Shown: in pieces, positions 13,884 to 29,890 of the stretch | Layout of the letters: each line of letters starts with the position of its first letter | Numbering within the stretch: the first letter of the stretch is position 1 | Source: the human T2T-CHM13v2.0 reference genome, Homo sapiens | NCBI RefSeq assembly: GCF_009914755.1 | Contig: NC_060931.1 | Direction: 5' to 3' (one strand) | Length of the DNA: 64,000 bases | Made by a program: the position numbers and the translations under genes | Notes under the pieces: model-generated | Databases searched by the model: none | What the model saw: only the letters and a program-made list of their open reading frames with translations | Told to the model about the DNA's origin: nothing

Positions 13884-16581
13884 AGGCAGTCCTCATTTTA
13901 TTGTGCTTTGCAGATACTGAGTTTTTTACAAATTGAAGATCTGTGGTAACCCTGCATTGATCAAGGCTATCAGCACCATTTTCCCCACAGCATGTGTTCA
14001 CTTTGCTTCTCTGTCACATTTTGGTAATGTTTCACAACATTTTGAATTTTTAAATTATTACTATATCTGTTAGCCTAGTAACAAATATAGTAATAATCTG
14101 TCATTATCTATATGACAATCTGTGATTAGTTATCTTTGATGTTACTATTGAAGTTGTTTTGGGGTTCAATGAGCCAGGCCCATGTGAGACAGTGAACTTA
14201 ATCGATAATTATTGTATGTGTTTTGACTGCTCCACCAACCCATTCTCCTTGGGCTTCCCTGTTCCCTGAGACACAACAATATTGAAATTAGGCCAAGTAA
14301 TAACCCTATAATAGCCTTTAAGTGTTCAAGTTAAAGGAAGAACTGTATGTTTCTCACTTTAAGTCAAAAGCTAGAAATGATTAAGCATTAAGTGAGGAAG
14401 GCATATCAAAGCCAAGACTGGTCAAAAGCTAGGCCTCTTCTACCAGTTAGCCAAGTTGTGAATGCAAAGAAAAAGGTCTCGAAGAAAATTAAAAGTGCAA
14501 TTCCAGTGGACACATGAATGATAAGAAGACAAAACAGGCTGGGCATGATGGCTCATGCCTGTAATTGCAACACTCTGGGAGGCTGGGGTAGGTGGATAGC
14601 TTGAGCCCAGGTGGTCTAGATCAGCCTGGGCAACATGGTGAGATCCTGTATCTACAAAATTTTCTTAAATTAGCCAGGATGGTGGTGTGCACCTGTGGGT
14701 CCCAGCTACTTGGGAGGCTGAGGCAGGAGGATTGCTTGAGCACAGGAGGCCAAAGCCACAGCAAGCCATGCTCCTATCACTGCACTGCAGCCTGGGCAAC
14801 AGAACAAATCCCTATCTTAAAAAAAAAAAAGGAGCAAAACAACCTTATTGCTGATATGGAGAAAGTTTTAGTGGTATGGATAGAAGATCAAGCCAGCCAC
14901 AATATTCCCTTAAGCCAAAGCCTAATTCAGAGCAAGGTCCTAACTCTTTTCAATTCTGTGAAGGTTGAGAGAGGTCAGAAAACTGCAGGAGAAGAGTTTA
15001 AAGCTAGCAGAGGTTGGTTCATGAGGTAAGAAGCCATCTCTATGACATAACAGTGCATGGTGAAGCAGTAAGCACTGATGTATGAACTGCAGCAAATTAA
15101 CCAGAAGATCTAACTAAAATCATTTATGACAGTAGCAAGAGTAAACAACAGATTTTCAATGTAGAGGGAATAGCCTTCTACTGGAAGAAGATGCCATCTA
15201 GGACTTTCATGGCTAGAGAGTAGAAGTCAATGCCTACTTCCAGAGCTTCTAAGGACAGGCTGACTTTTTTCTTAGGACTAATGAAGCTAGTAATTTTAAG
15301 TTGAAGTCAATGCTCATTTACCATTCTGAAAATCCTAGGGCCCTTAACAATTATACTAAAGCTACTCTGCCTGTGCTCTACAAATGGAACCACAAGGCAT
15401 GGCAACACATCTGTTTACAGCGTGGTTTATTGAATATTTTAACATGACTGTTGAGATCTACTGTTTAGAAAAAAAAGATTCCTTTCAAAACGCTACTGCT
15501 CATTGACAATGCAACTGGTCACCCAAGAGCTCTGATGGAGATGTACAAGGAAATGAATATTGCTTTTATGCCTGCTAACACAACATCCATTCTGCAGCCT
15601 GTGGGTCAAGAGTAATTACTTTCCACTTTCAAGTCTTATTATTTAAAAAATACATTTTGTAAGTCTATAGCTGCCATACATAGCTATTCCTCTGATGGAT
15701 CTGGGCAAGTAAATTGAAAACCTGGAAAGGATTCACCACTCTAGATGCCACTAAGAACACTTGTATTTCATGGGAGGAAGTGAAAATATCAACATTAACA
15801 AGAGTTTGGAAAAAGTTTATTCCAACCCTCAGAGATGACTGAGGGGTTCAAGACTTCAGTGGAGGAAGTAACTATAGATGTGGAAATACCAACAGAACTA
15901 GAATTAGAAGTGGAGCCTGAAGAGATGACTAAATTGCTACAATATCATGATAATACTTCAACAGATAACAAGTTGCTTCTTATGGAGGAGCAAATAAAGT
16001 GGTTTCTTGAGATGGTATCCACTTTTGGTGAAGATTCTATGAATATGGTTGAAATGACAAAGAAGAATTTAGAATACTCAGTAAACTTAGTTATAAACCA
16101 GTGGCAGGGTTTGAGAGGACTGATTCCAATTTAGAAAAAAAGGCCTATTGTGGGTAAAATGCTATCAAACAGCATTGCATACTTCAGAGAAATCTTTTGT
16201 GAAAGGAAGAGTCAATGGGTATGACAAACTTCACTGTTATTTTAAGAAATGGTCACAGCCACCCCAACCTTCAGCAACCACCACCCTAATCAGTCAGCAG
16301 CCATCAACATCAGCAAGACCTTCCTCCAGGATAAAGATTATGACTCGCTGAAGGTTCAGGTAACTATTAGTATTTTTTAGCAGTAGGTATTTTCAAATTA
16401 AGGTATGTACACTGTTTTTTAGACATAATGCTATTGCACACCTCATGGACTGTAATATAATGTAAACATACCTTTTATATGCCCAGCAAAATAAAAAATA
16501 CTGTGTGACTTGCTCTATTGCAGTAGTCACTTTATTGTGGTGCTCTGGAACCATACCTGCAATGTCTTCAGGGTATGTCTG
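13884..16581 (+). mobile_element. Full-length Tigger1 (TcMar) DNA transposon with decayed transposase
   Basis: Ends aggcagtcctc / gggtatgtctg; transposase peptides LIADMEKVLVVWIEDQASHNIPLSQSLIQSK..FKASRGWFMR and [11 protein letters not shown]. Confidence 0.93.
14537..14830 (+). mobile_element. AluJ inside Tigger1
   Basis: Alu dimer, A tail, TSD about caaaaca. Confidence 0.92.
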
Positions 16582-18214
16582 TGCTTCAAAACACCCTGTT
16601 GTACATGATAAATACATACAATTTAATCTGTCAGTTTAAAAATAAAATTTTTTAAATAAAATTTTAAAAAGACTTTTTTTTAATCAATTCTATACTTAAT
16701 CATTTATGTTCCCATGGTTAAATTACACTCATCTTCTTAGGAAACAACTTCTCAGGTAACTAAGGCTATTTTTAGCTACACATTTTACCTGGCAATAAGA
16801 TACAGAGCTGTAGACATTCATGGTAAATATTCTTACAGTTCACTTATCAAGCTATTATATTATCTCCAGGAACTTTTGGGATTGCCTTCTTATGCTTGAG
16901 GTTACATAAAATCATCAGACTTTGGCTGGGGTGCCAGTTGGGAATACTGATGCAAAACACTGAACAGTATTTATACCATTAAAAGAGTTAGGTAGCTCTA
17001 TTATATATCGAATTCTTCAATTGAGACATATATTAATAGATCTACAACTCCAGTCAAATTGATTGTTTGGATATTGCATCTCTGGCTTGTAAGGTATGTA
17101 AATTTTATCTGAGTGAAAAGACTTGTAAACTCAATGGAAACCTACATTCTTTTTATGTACACCCTATTATAGGACTACATAACTCTCAAGGATAGATCCA
17201 GTTGAATTCTGGGTACATTTCATTGCTTTGTCTCACTATATGGTCATAGTTTTCAAGTCAGTTTACTGACTTTCAATTTTTTTTCAATATCTTCATCTAA
17301 TCAAAAAATTATTTTAGGGTTCACCTGTCCTGCCAGAAACATTCTTCCTGAATCCCTTTATCTTTCTATTGTAATCTGGACTTCTGTTTTCTAGAGTAAT
17401 GCAACTGAGATCTCTTTTCACTAATTTTTTAGGTTGGTCCATTTTCTTTTTCTTGAGGATCACATCTTTCCCCTTGGTTTACTTCATTTTGCTGATGAAC
17501 ATCCTTAAGTGACTCCCAAAGAAATAATATATGAAAATATTTTTTTAATGCACATGTACCAAAATGTATTTATGCTGGCCCTAAACTTCATTTGGCTGGG
17601 CTGAAAATCACTTTCCCACAAGATTTTGATAGTATTTTCTTTTACCATTCAGTACTCATGATAAAAAGTCTAATGCTATTCTGCTTTTGTGTCCTTTTCT
17701 AAGTTATCTGTTTTTGTGTGTATAATTGTTTCCTTGTTTTTTGTTGTTCATCCCTTAACAATTTGAGTAACTTCTTTTTATCTTAAAGATTATGATATTT
17801 CTATCACAAATGTCTGGGAGGATATTTTTATTCCCAGTGGCCTGAAGACACAGGGACTCATTTAACCTGAAAGCTTGTGTCTTTCAACTCTGAGAATTTT
17901 CTTGTTTTATGTTTACATTAAATAAAACAATACATTGTATTTAACTCAATATATCTGAAATATTATCATTTCAGTCAATATAAACAATTTTATTTGATAA
18001 TGTCCCCTCCTCTGAATTCTCTTTTCTGCTTTCCAGGAACTTCTCTTCACCAGATGTTAGAATCCCATAGTTGGCTCTTTATTTCTTTCTATATTTTCTC
18101 CCATATTTTTCATAAATTATTGTTTTATTATCATTTTTGGAAGATATTTTCCACATTATCTTTTCCTTCTTTTATTGAATACTTTTAATTTTAGTAATGT
18201 TTCCTATTAAGTTG

Positions 18215-18333
18215 TTTTTAGAGATCTGGTTTTGCTGTGCTGCCCAGGCTGGTCTCAAACTCCTAGGCCCAAGTGTTCCTCCCACCTCATCCTCCCTAGT
18301 AGCTGGCATTACAGGTATAAGCCACTGCACTCA
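18215..18333 (-). mobile_element. FLAM Alu monomer
   Basis: tgcccaggctggtctcaaactcct..ttacaggtataagccactgc. Confidence 0.85.
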
Positions 18334-18364
18334 GTCTATTTCCTATAACTATTTTTTCAATTTT

Positions 18365-18572
18365 AATAATTCATTTTATTTAACCTAATATATCAAAAAT
18401 ATTGTCATTTCAATCACTATAGAAAATTCATTGGATATTTTACATATCCTTATACCAAATATTCAAACCTGTGAGTGTATTTTACACTTACTGAACATCT
18501 CAATTTAGACTAGCTACATTTCAGGTGCTCAAAAGCTACATGTGGCTGGTGGCTACTATATGGACTGTGGGA
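18365..18572. mobile_element. MER33/MER3-type hAT-Charlie fragment
   Basis: ttttacacttactgaacatctcaatttagactagctacatttcaggtgctcaa..catgtggctggtggctac. Confidence 0.75.
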
Positions 18573-19117
18573 GCCTAGAATAACCAAGCTTCTTCACACA
18601 TAGTAGATTTGAGAAGGGCATAATGTCAAAACTAGGATGCATTTTGTTACTTGCATGTTTAATCTTTTTAGGCAATGCAGATTTTTCTATATTAAGATTA
18701 AAAGACAAAGGCTGTGCTGATTTTTCCTCTTTTCCCCTATGTTTCTGCAACAGATTTCTTTGCAGTACCTTAAATGTGCCGTATTGTAAATGATAGGAAC
18801 TAGCCCTCCCCTGCCAAGGATCCTATATTGATTTTTAAAAGCTACTTTTTATTATCTGATTTTATGTTTTTCTTGTATGATATTCTTGTGTTTGAATACA
18901 ATAATTCTGGGAATCTCTCTATGGGTACTATCAACCATTATTTTGTTTTGTTTGTTTCATGTTGTTTGTCTTAGCTTTTCTCTTTCATGTTGAAGGCCTT
19001 TCTCAAATTTCTGATGGTCCTTGATTGTTTATTTATATTGAATATCAGCTTCTAAAGGCCAGTATCCAACTCTGTGAAATAGGTGGCCTTTGTCACATAG
19101 TAAACTTCTTACTAGGG

Positions 19118-19289
19118 TAGTAATTCATGGACTCTAGCTGCACATTAGAGTCACCTGAGGAGATTTTAAAAAATACAGAGCAGTGGTCCCAGCCCCAGGG
19201 AATCTGATTTAATTGGTCTGCTGCAGGACTAAGCACCTGTCAATTCTTTAAAAAGATTATAATTTGCAGATGGAATTCAGAGCCACTGC
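19118..19289. mobile_element. MER5A/B
   Basis: gctgcacattagagtcacctgaggag..tctgatttaattggtctg..gagccactg. Confidence 0.75.
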
Positions 19290-19782
19290 TTGGAGCTTAC
19301 AGATAGCTGAACATGTGGAGGTTCTTGGAGAGTGGTGTGCCCAGGGAGGGGATGGAAGTACCATGCCCCTTCCCCCATACCTCATCCTACACGTTCTTTG
19401 CAATACCTTTTAAAATAACCAGTAAATGTGAGTAAATGGTTCCCTGAATTCTGTGAGTCATTCCAGAAAATTAATCAAATGCAAAGAGAGGGTCACGTGA
19501 ATCCCCCACTTGAAGCTAGTCAGTCAGAAGTTTCAGAGGCCTAGACTTGTGACTCTTATGTGTATGGGGGACAGTTTTGGGGGCTGAGCCCTCAATCCAT
19601 GGAATGCAATGCTATATCAAGGTAGACAGTGTTTGAATTGAATTGGAGGACACCCAGCTGGTGTCTGCTACTTGGTTTGTGGTAAAAAAAATCCTCCACA
19701 TGTTTGCTTATTGGAATCTTCTGTGTTGATTGTTGTGGTGTAATAGTAGAGGAAAAACAGCTTGAGAGTTTTTCCCTGCACA
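19290..19782 (+). mobile_element. MER21-family LTR (3' part)
   Basis: gatagctgaacatgtggaggttc..gcccagggagggg..ccctcaatccatggaatgc..ggaggacacccagctggtgtc, ends in CA. Confidence 0.8.
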
Positions 19783-22544
<2,762 letters not shown>

Positions 22545-23503
22545 TGAGATAAGTCAAAGGAAAGTCAAGGCTAGTAATGGCTGGAAAGGTAACTTGCACT
22601 GTATAATGAAGGCAGCAAAATGCAATAGAATGAAATTCAATCTTAAACAATAGAGAGGGAAGATGAAGGAAAGCCAAATCACTCAGGAGGAAAGCCATAG
22701 AACTTTCAAAGGCAGGAATGTTATTCAGTTTCATTGCTGGGATATAAATACTGTGTCTCATACAAATGCCTTTGAAAATGTGTTTTTTTCTACTTTTCAT
22801 GAAAATTAAAGAAGCATAAATAGCTTGGATGAATATTCATCTAGGTTGGCACCTGGCAGAGAAAAGAGAATTTGAAGTATGGACCAAAATCTAATCGGGA
22901 AAATATTACTCTCCCTCTTGGTAGTGCCAGGAGCAATACCACCATTCATGAAGGTTTGAGGCAATTTCTCACTAAGAACTGTCTTCCTCAGTAGACAGCT
23001 GTGTTACACCTGCACTGTGCCTTTATTTAAATATAGTGATGACCCTTTACAAACCTTTGGCAGAGAGTATGGCTTTTTAATCATTTAAAAAACCTGTGAG
23101 GTTAGAATTTAGTACCTCCATTACCACTTTTGCTCTGTTTTTTTCTGCCTATTCAACCAGGAACAAATCAAGTGGACTGTGGAGGCTGCACATTAAGACC
23201 TGTTAACTGTGTTTCCATTAGCCATGGTCCATGATGAAAACATGAGCACATGCCCTTGACTTTGTGGCTAAGAAGTGTCATTTGGGTAAAAACTCCAGGT
23301 ATGAAGTTGAGGAAGAAGAGAGGTGCAATTGTTAAGAAAAAAAGACTGAGATCATTATACAAGTAGACTTACATGCTTACTGTGTACAGAGTCAGTACTT
23401 AATAATAAGTAAATACAGCTCATTGTCTTAAATTGCCTAAGATTTTTTATGTCTATTCTTTCCAATTTTTCAGCTGAGCAGCAGGTACTCAAAACTCAAA
23501 GAA

Positions 23504-24028
<525 letters not shown>

Positions 24029-24032
24029 TTAG

Positions 24033-24640
24033 CAGTAATCACTGCTCAGACAGGATTCCACAGCTTTGCACTCCTGGCTCTGCTTTCTCTGCAACCATGT
24101 CTGACAAACCCAGCATGGCTGAGATTGAGACACTCAATAAGCAGAGATTGAAGAAGGCAGAAACACAAGAGATAAATCCACCGCCTTCAAGAGAAACAAA
24201 CTAAAGAAGCAAACAGGTGAATTATAATGAGCTGTGAGCTGCGAATAGGTACTGCACATTCCATGGGCATTGCCTTCTTATTTTACTTCTTTTAGCTGTT
24301 TGATTTGTAAGCTGCAAAGAGTTTGGAACTGAAATAACTGTGCTGCCCCTTTCTGCATGAAAGAATCAAGAACTACTGACAACAAAGTCATCATCTGCTT
24401 CTGTCATCTACCTGTCTGGATGCCAGGGGAGAAAAAAGTGCTTACACGCTGGTGAAGTAAGAAGCTGAATAAAACCACACTGAATCTAGAGCAAAAACTA
24501 AGTTAATACAAGGTGTCCTGAAGGCTTTTAAAAGTAGTTTAATAAGAATGCCATTTTTTGTTGTTCAAATAATATTAACTATTGGATCGCACAATTTTTA
24601 AAATATGCAAATTAAAAGTTCTAAAAAGCCTAAAAAAAAA
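24033..24640 (+). pseudogene. Thymosin beta-4 (TMSB4X-derived) processed pseudogene
   Basis: ATG 24097 [35 protein letters not shown] (TAA 24202-24204) vs [34 protein letters not shown]; intronless; TMSB4X-like 5' and 3' UTR (gcattgccttcttattttacttcttttagctg); poly(A) 24632-24640. Confidence 0.93.
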
Positions 24641-25246
24641 GTGACCTAGCTTCACATCTATGTATCACCGCTTCATGCCTCAGCATCCTCAGAGACAAGA
24701 ATTGCTGTTGATGCAAAAATAAATCATTATTGACAATATAAAGTGACAGTATAGGTTTTGCTATAGTTCCAGAGTCTGGGAAGGTGTACATTGTAAAGCA
24801 TAAATTGATCTTAGATAGACCCTATTTCCATCGACACATTGAGCATTCCTAATCTGAAAATCTGAAATCTGAAATGTCCCAAAATGTGAAACGTTTTGAA
24901 CTGCAGTATGACACCACAAGTGGAAAATTCCACACTTGGTGTCATGTGACAGATCACAGTCAAAACACAGGTGCACAACCCACAGTTTATTCAGCATCCC
25001 AAAGGGAAAAAAGACCTTCCTAGCTCCCTTCAGCTGCAATCTATCTTTTTTTGTGCGTGCCCCGATTCCCCCATGCAAACATGCCCTCAAAAGGTAATTA
25101 AATGGCACACGTGCAGACGGGATACACCAATGGCAGGTTCCCCATGATGCCTCATATGGACCAAGACCTATATGTGTTACTCACTGTGATTTTTTTGTTT
25201 ATTCTCTGCTCTGTAGTATACATAAATTGTTGAAATGTCAAAAAGG

Positions 25247-25357
25247 AGGATTATTCATACCCCAAACCTTAGCATCACACAATATATCCATGTAAACAAA
25301 CCTGCACATGTATCCCCTGAATCTAAAATTAAAGTTGAAATTATATGTAAAAAAAGA
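25247..25357 (+). mobile_element. Very short 5'-truncated L1 (3' tip) inside Tigger4
   Basis: aaacctgcacatgtatcccctgaatctaaaa plus A-rich tail; perfect TSD aaatgtcaaaaagg (25233-25246 / 25358-25371). Confidence 0.85.
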
Positions 25358-26681
25358 AAATGTCAAAAAGGCCTGCAGATACCCCTATGAGTAACAGTGA
25401 GAAGAAAAGGAGGGAGCATTTATGTTTATCTATAACACAGAAAGTCAAGCTGTTAGACAAACTGGAGAGCAGTCTAAGCATGAAACATTTTACGGAAGAG
25501 TATGGTACAGGAATGACCACTATATATGACATGAGGAAACAGGATAAATTGTTGAAGTTCTATTGAAGCAATGAGTAGAAGTTAATGAAAAACAGAAAAA
25601 CGCTGCATAAAGCTAAAAATGAAGATCTCAATCATGTTTTGAAAGGATAGTTCCATCAACATCACAGCGAACATGTTTCATGATCACGTGGTATACTGAT
25701 CATGAAACAAGCAAAAATATATTACAACAAAATGAAAATTGAAGGGGACTATGAATATTCAAGAGGTGTACTGAAGAAATTTTAGAAAAGATACAGCATT
25801 ACATTTTTAAAGATTTCTGGTGAGAAAACTTCTGCTGATCACAAAGCAAAGAAGGAATTCATTGATGAGTTTCCAAGGTCATCACTGATGAAAATCTGAC
25901 ACCAGAACAAGTCTATAAGGCTGATGAAACACTATTGTTTTGGTTTTATTGCTCCAGAAAGGCAGTGACTACAGCTGATGAGACAGTCCCTACAGGAATT
26001 AAGGATGCAAAGATAGCGTGACTGTGCTGAGATGTGCTAATGCAGTAGGCACACATACTGTAAGGTTGCTGTGGTAGGCAAAAGCTTGTGTCCTCACTGT
26101 TTTCAAGGAGTGAATTTCTTACTAGTCTATCATTATGCTAACAAGAAGGCATGGATTACCAGGCACATCTTTTCTAATTGGTTTCACAAACGTTTTGTAC
26201 CAGCTTGTGCTCACTGCAGGGAAGCTGGACTGGATGACAACTACAAGATTTTGTTATTTGACAACTGTTCTCCTCATTCTCCAGCTGAAATTCTCAATAA
26301 AAATAATGTCTATGCCTTGTACTTTCCCCTAAATGTGACTTTGAATCAATGAGAAGCCATGTGACCAGGTTATCCTTAGATCAATTTAAAGAGTAAATAT
26401 AAAAACACTTTCCTGAACAGAATGCTAGCAGCGGTGAACAGAAGCATGGTTATAGAGGTTTTCAAAAGGAGTTTAGCATGAAGTATGCTGTATTTGCTGT
26501 TCCCAACACTTAGAACTCAGTGACTAAACACAGTTGTGCATGCCTGGCACAATCTCTTGACTGCAACTATGTTCAGTGATGATAATGAACAAGGTAGTGA
26601 CTCTGAAGGGTCCTGTATATTAAGTGAGAAAAAAAAAATGATGTCTAGCCTCCTTACATTTGTAAAAAAAGTATACCTTCA

Positions 26682-26970
26682 GGTCGGGTGTGGTGGCTCA
26701 CGCCTGTAATCCCAGCACTTTGGGAGGCTGAGATGGGTGGATCACCTGAGGTCGGGAGTTCGAGACCAGCCTGATCCACATGGAGAAACCCCATCTCTAC
26801 TAAAAATACAAAATTAGTCGGGCTTGGTGGTGCATGCCTATAATCCCAGCTACTTGGGAAGGCTGAGGCAGGAGAATCACTTGAACCTGGGAGGTAGAGG
26901 TTGTGGTAAACTGAGATCATGCCATTGCATGCCAGCCTGGGCAACTAGAGCAAAACTCTGTCTCAAAAAA
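26682..26970 (+). mobile_element. AluSp/Sq inside Tigger4
   Basis: Alu dimer; TSD about ata(c)accttca. Confidence 0.95.
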
Positions 26971-26979
26971 AATATATAT

Positions 26980-26980
<1 letters not shown>

Positions 26981-27032
<52 letters not shown>
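26981..27032. repeat. (GATA)n tetranucleotide STR in Alu tail
   Basis: About 13 uninterrupted units. Confidence 0.95.
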
Positions 27033-27034
<2 letters not shown>

Positions 27035-28049
27035 TACACCTTCAGAGTCCATCAATAAGTTGGAGGAAGTGAATATTTAAGAAGTTTTTAACATGGATAA
27101 CAAGGCTTCAGCTGTTCATTCAATGACCTATGGTGAAATAGTCTAAATGGTTCCGAATCAAGGTGATTGTAAGAGTGACAATGAAGATGATGTTGTTAAC
27201 ACGGCAGAAAAAATGCCTATAAACAACATGATGAAAATGTGTTATGAGTGTATTGAAGGACTAGAGTAACATGCATTCATAACAGAACAAGAAGTCATAT
27301 CAGTTTAGAAAATCAAAGGGAGACTTCTAAGACAAAAACTATTGTTAATGAGGCAGGTGGCTAAGATGGAAACCGTCACCATGCTTAAAAAGCCAACCAG
27401 CAGCATGACTCCTCATACCACTTCCTGGTCCCTCAACTGCTTCTAATGTTTCTTCTCATCTAAAAACCCCCCACAAAATGTAGTGTACAGTGAGAGACCT
27501 TTCAATCAAAACACAGACTTGTAGGCGGAGACGGGAAATCTGCATTGTTTGTTGTTGCTCTTGTTTATCAGCTGACACAGGTATTCTGCTGATGCTGCTA
27601 CTGTGCTGCTTAGTTACCTGGAACACTCATTTTTTTCACTGTATTAATGGTACGGCATATTTTTTACTTATGTGTGAATAAATATAAGAAAATGATTGCT
27701 TATTGGTAGCATAAAAATTCAGAGTCATGAATGATGGTCGTGCAAAACAACCACAAATTATCCGCATGGGTGCCTGAGATAGTGATACCTTTACTTTCTG
27801 ATGGTTCAGTGTATACCAACTTCGCTGCATGCACAAATTTATTGCAAATATTGTATAAAATTACCTTCAGCATATGTATATAAAGTATATATGAAACATA
27901 AATAAATTTTGTGTTTAGACTTGGATCCCATCCCCAGTATATCTCATCTATATATGCAAATATTTCAAAATATGAAAAAACTGGAAATCCAAACATTTCT
28001 GGTCCCAAGCATTTCAAATGAGGAAGACTGAACCTGTACTCTCTTTGTG

Positions 28050-28220
28050 AGCTTTGGTTAAATTAGTCTCTTGAAGCCTCAGTTACCTAGTCAATAAAGT
28101 ATTGCCAATAATAGTATTCATGCTACAGGGTTACCATGATAATCAAACAAATATGGCATATAAAGCACATAGCACAAGTCTAGCACTTGGTAAGCACCCA
28201 ATAAAAAATTACTATTGTTA
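28050..28220 (+). mobile_element. MIR SINE
   Basis: gcctcagttacct..taaagcacatagcacaagtctagcacttggtaagcacccaataaa. Confidence 0.7.
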
Positions 28221-28837
28221 TTCTCATGATTATCCATAGTCTTACATGCCCAACCTCTTTGAGTCAGTACTGTGCCTTGTGCTCATCTTGACGAAGAACT
28301 AAACACTTCAGCATACAACAACCGCCCTGCAACACACCACCAAATAATAGGCCCAACTGAAATAATGAGAAAATGCGTTTTATTGAAGAATTTGTGTTGT
28401 TGCAGGAAAGAGTGTTTCTCTCACACTAAATGGGAAGGCTTCTCTGTTTTCCCAAGAAATGCATCTCTTGCCTACAGCTGATACAATATACACCGGCTCC
28501 CCCGTCAGCATGAGACCCCACTGGTTATCTGAACTCTAAGCTATATTAGTCACCAATATGTCTGGGAGTAAAGTATGGGTTCATCCTGCCTTACCCATAT
28601 TTCCTCACCAACAATGTCAACGTTCTCCAAAAGAATAACAAGAATCCATATTGTAAGTGAAATCACATTTTAAACATTTAGAAAAGCTTGCTATTGTAGA
28701 CCAATTCAAATGTCACCTCTCCTGTGAAACTGTTTCTAACAAAGCAGAGCCAGACAGGAGAAAAAGAGGTGATAAGAAGTCAGGAGTCCTGGATCTGCTG
28801 ATAACTGGCTATGTGACCTTAGAAATATCCTTTTGTG

Positions 28838-29141
28838 GGCTGGGTGCAGTGGTTCACATCTGTAATCCCAACACTTTGGGAGGCCAAGGCAAGTGGATCC
28901 CTTGAGCCCAGGAGTTCAAGACCAGCCTGGCCAACATGGCAAAACACTGTCTCTACTAAAAATATGGAAAACTAGTCAGGTGTGGTGGCACATGCCTATA
29001 GTCCAAGCTACTCAGGAGACTAAGGTGGGAGGATAAGCTGAGCCTGGGAGGTCGAGGCCTCAGTAAGCTGAGATTGTACCACTGCACTCCAGCCTGAGCA
29101 ACAGAGAAAGACCCAGTCTCAAAGAAGAAAGAAAGACAGAC

Positions 29142-29204
<63 letters not shown>

Positions 29205-29223
29205 AAAAGAAAGAAAGAAAGAG
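28838..29223 (+). mobile_element. AluJ with (GAAA)n tail, inserted in a MIR
   Basis: TSD agaaatatccttttgt / agaaatatcctcttgt. Confidence 0.93.
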
Positions 29224-29669
29224 AGAAATATCCTCTTGTTCATCGGTTTCATCATCTGAAAAAAAGTTTTGGCAAGATTATCCCTAAGACACCTTTCAAT
29301 TCGAAAATTCCATCAAGGATCTTTCTGAAAATACAAGAAGCTAATATTAAAATAAATCTTTTTCATCTCACTTTCCATGTACCTCTTAAATCCTAGTTTG
29401 TTTAAAGTTAGCTATGCCGTAATTATGTTATCTAAACTCATGAAGCCTGTATTCATAAAATATGGGCAAATGCTGCAGGCTTAGATATGTAATAAAGAAA
29501 AGGAAAGATACACTGGCTATGGTTTCATTTATAGAAATTGAATGTTGAGTAGGCTAATTTCATATATAGAGCTAACTCTCCCTGGAAACGTTCTTTTAGT
29601 GGAGTATCACATTTCCCAAAAAATATTTGAATACTAGATTTTAAAGTGAATAATTATGATATAATCATG

Positions 29670-29890
29670 ACTGCAATTTACTAGGCATCTACTGTATTCC
29701 AGGCACTATACTATGTATTTTACAGTGTATTTTCATATTATTATTATAACAATCCTATAATGTTGAACACACACACACACCCCACACACATATGCACACT
29801 GAGAATTAGATGCTAAGTTATATGCCCATTGTCAAACAACTGGTAAATGATGGAAACCAAACTATAAACTGGGTCCATCTTCCTGCCACA
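29670..29890 (-). mobile_element. MIR fragment containing (CA)n
   Basis: atttactaggcatctactgtattccaggcactatac..aactggtaaatgatgg. Confidence 0.6.

Larger units (their letters stand above)
13610..16670 (+). mobile_element. L1MA 3' UTR end split by Tigger1 (pieces about 13610-13700 and 16582-16670)
   Basis: gtgttctcaccacaaaaatggtaa..gttaattagctag resumes as caaaacaccctgttgtacatgataaatacatacaatt. Confidence 0.7.
17260..19100 (-). mobile_element. Highly decayed ancient L1 (L1M) ORF1/5' region
   Basis: T-rich antisense L1 motifs (aaagtctaatgctattctg, tctttcaactctgagaattttctt). Confidence 0.45.
24835..28036 (+). mobile_element. Full-length Tigger4 (Zombi) DNA transposon with decayed transposase
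   Basis: Ends ttgagcattcctaatctgaaaatctgaaatc / ggtcccaagcattt..aacctg-TA; peptides MSKRPAD..HLCLSITQKVKLL (HTH) and YYANKKAWIT-like..ILLFDNCSPH (DDE). Confidence 0.88.

Noticed and set aside
17925-18425. Similar 60-bp segments at about 17940 and 18380
   Set aside because: Both are explained as MER33-type fragments.
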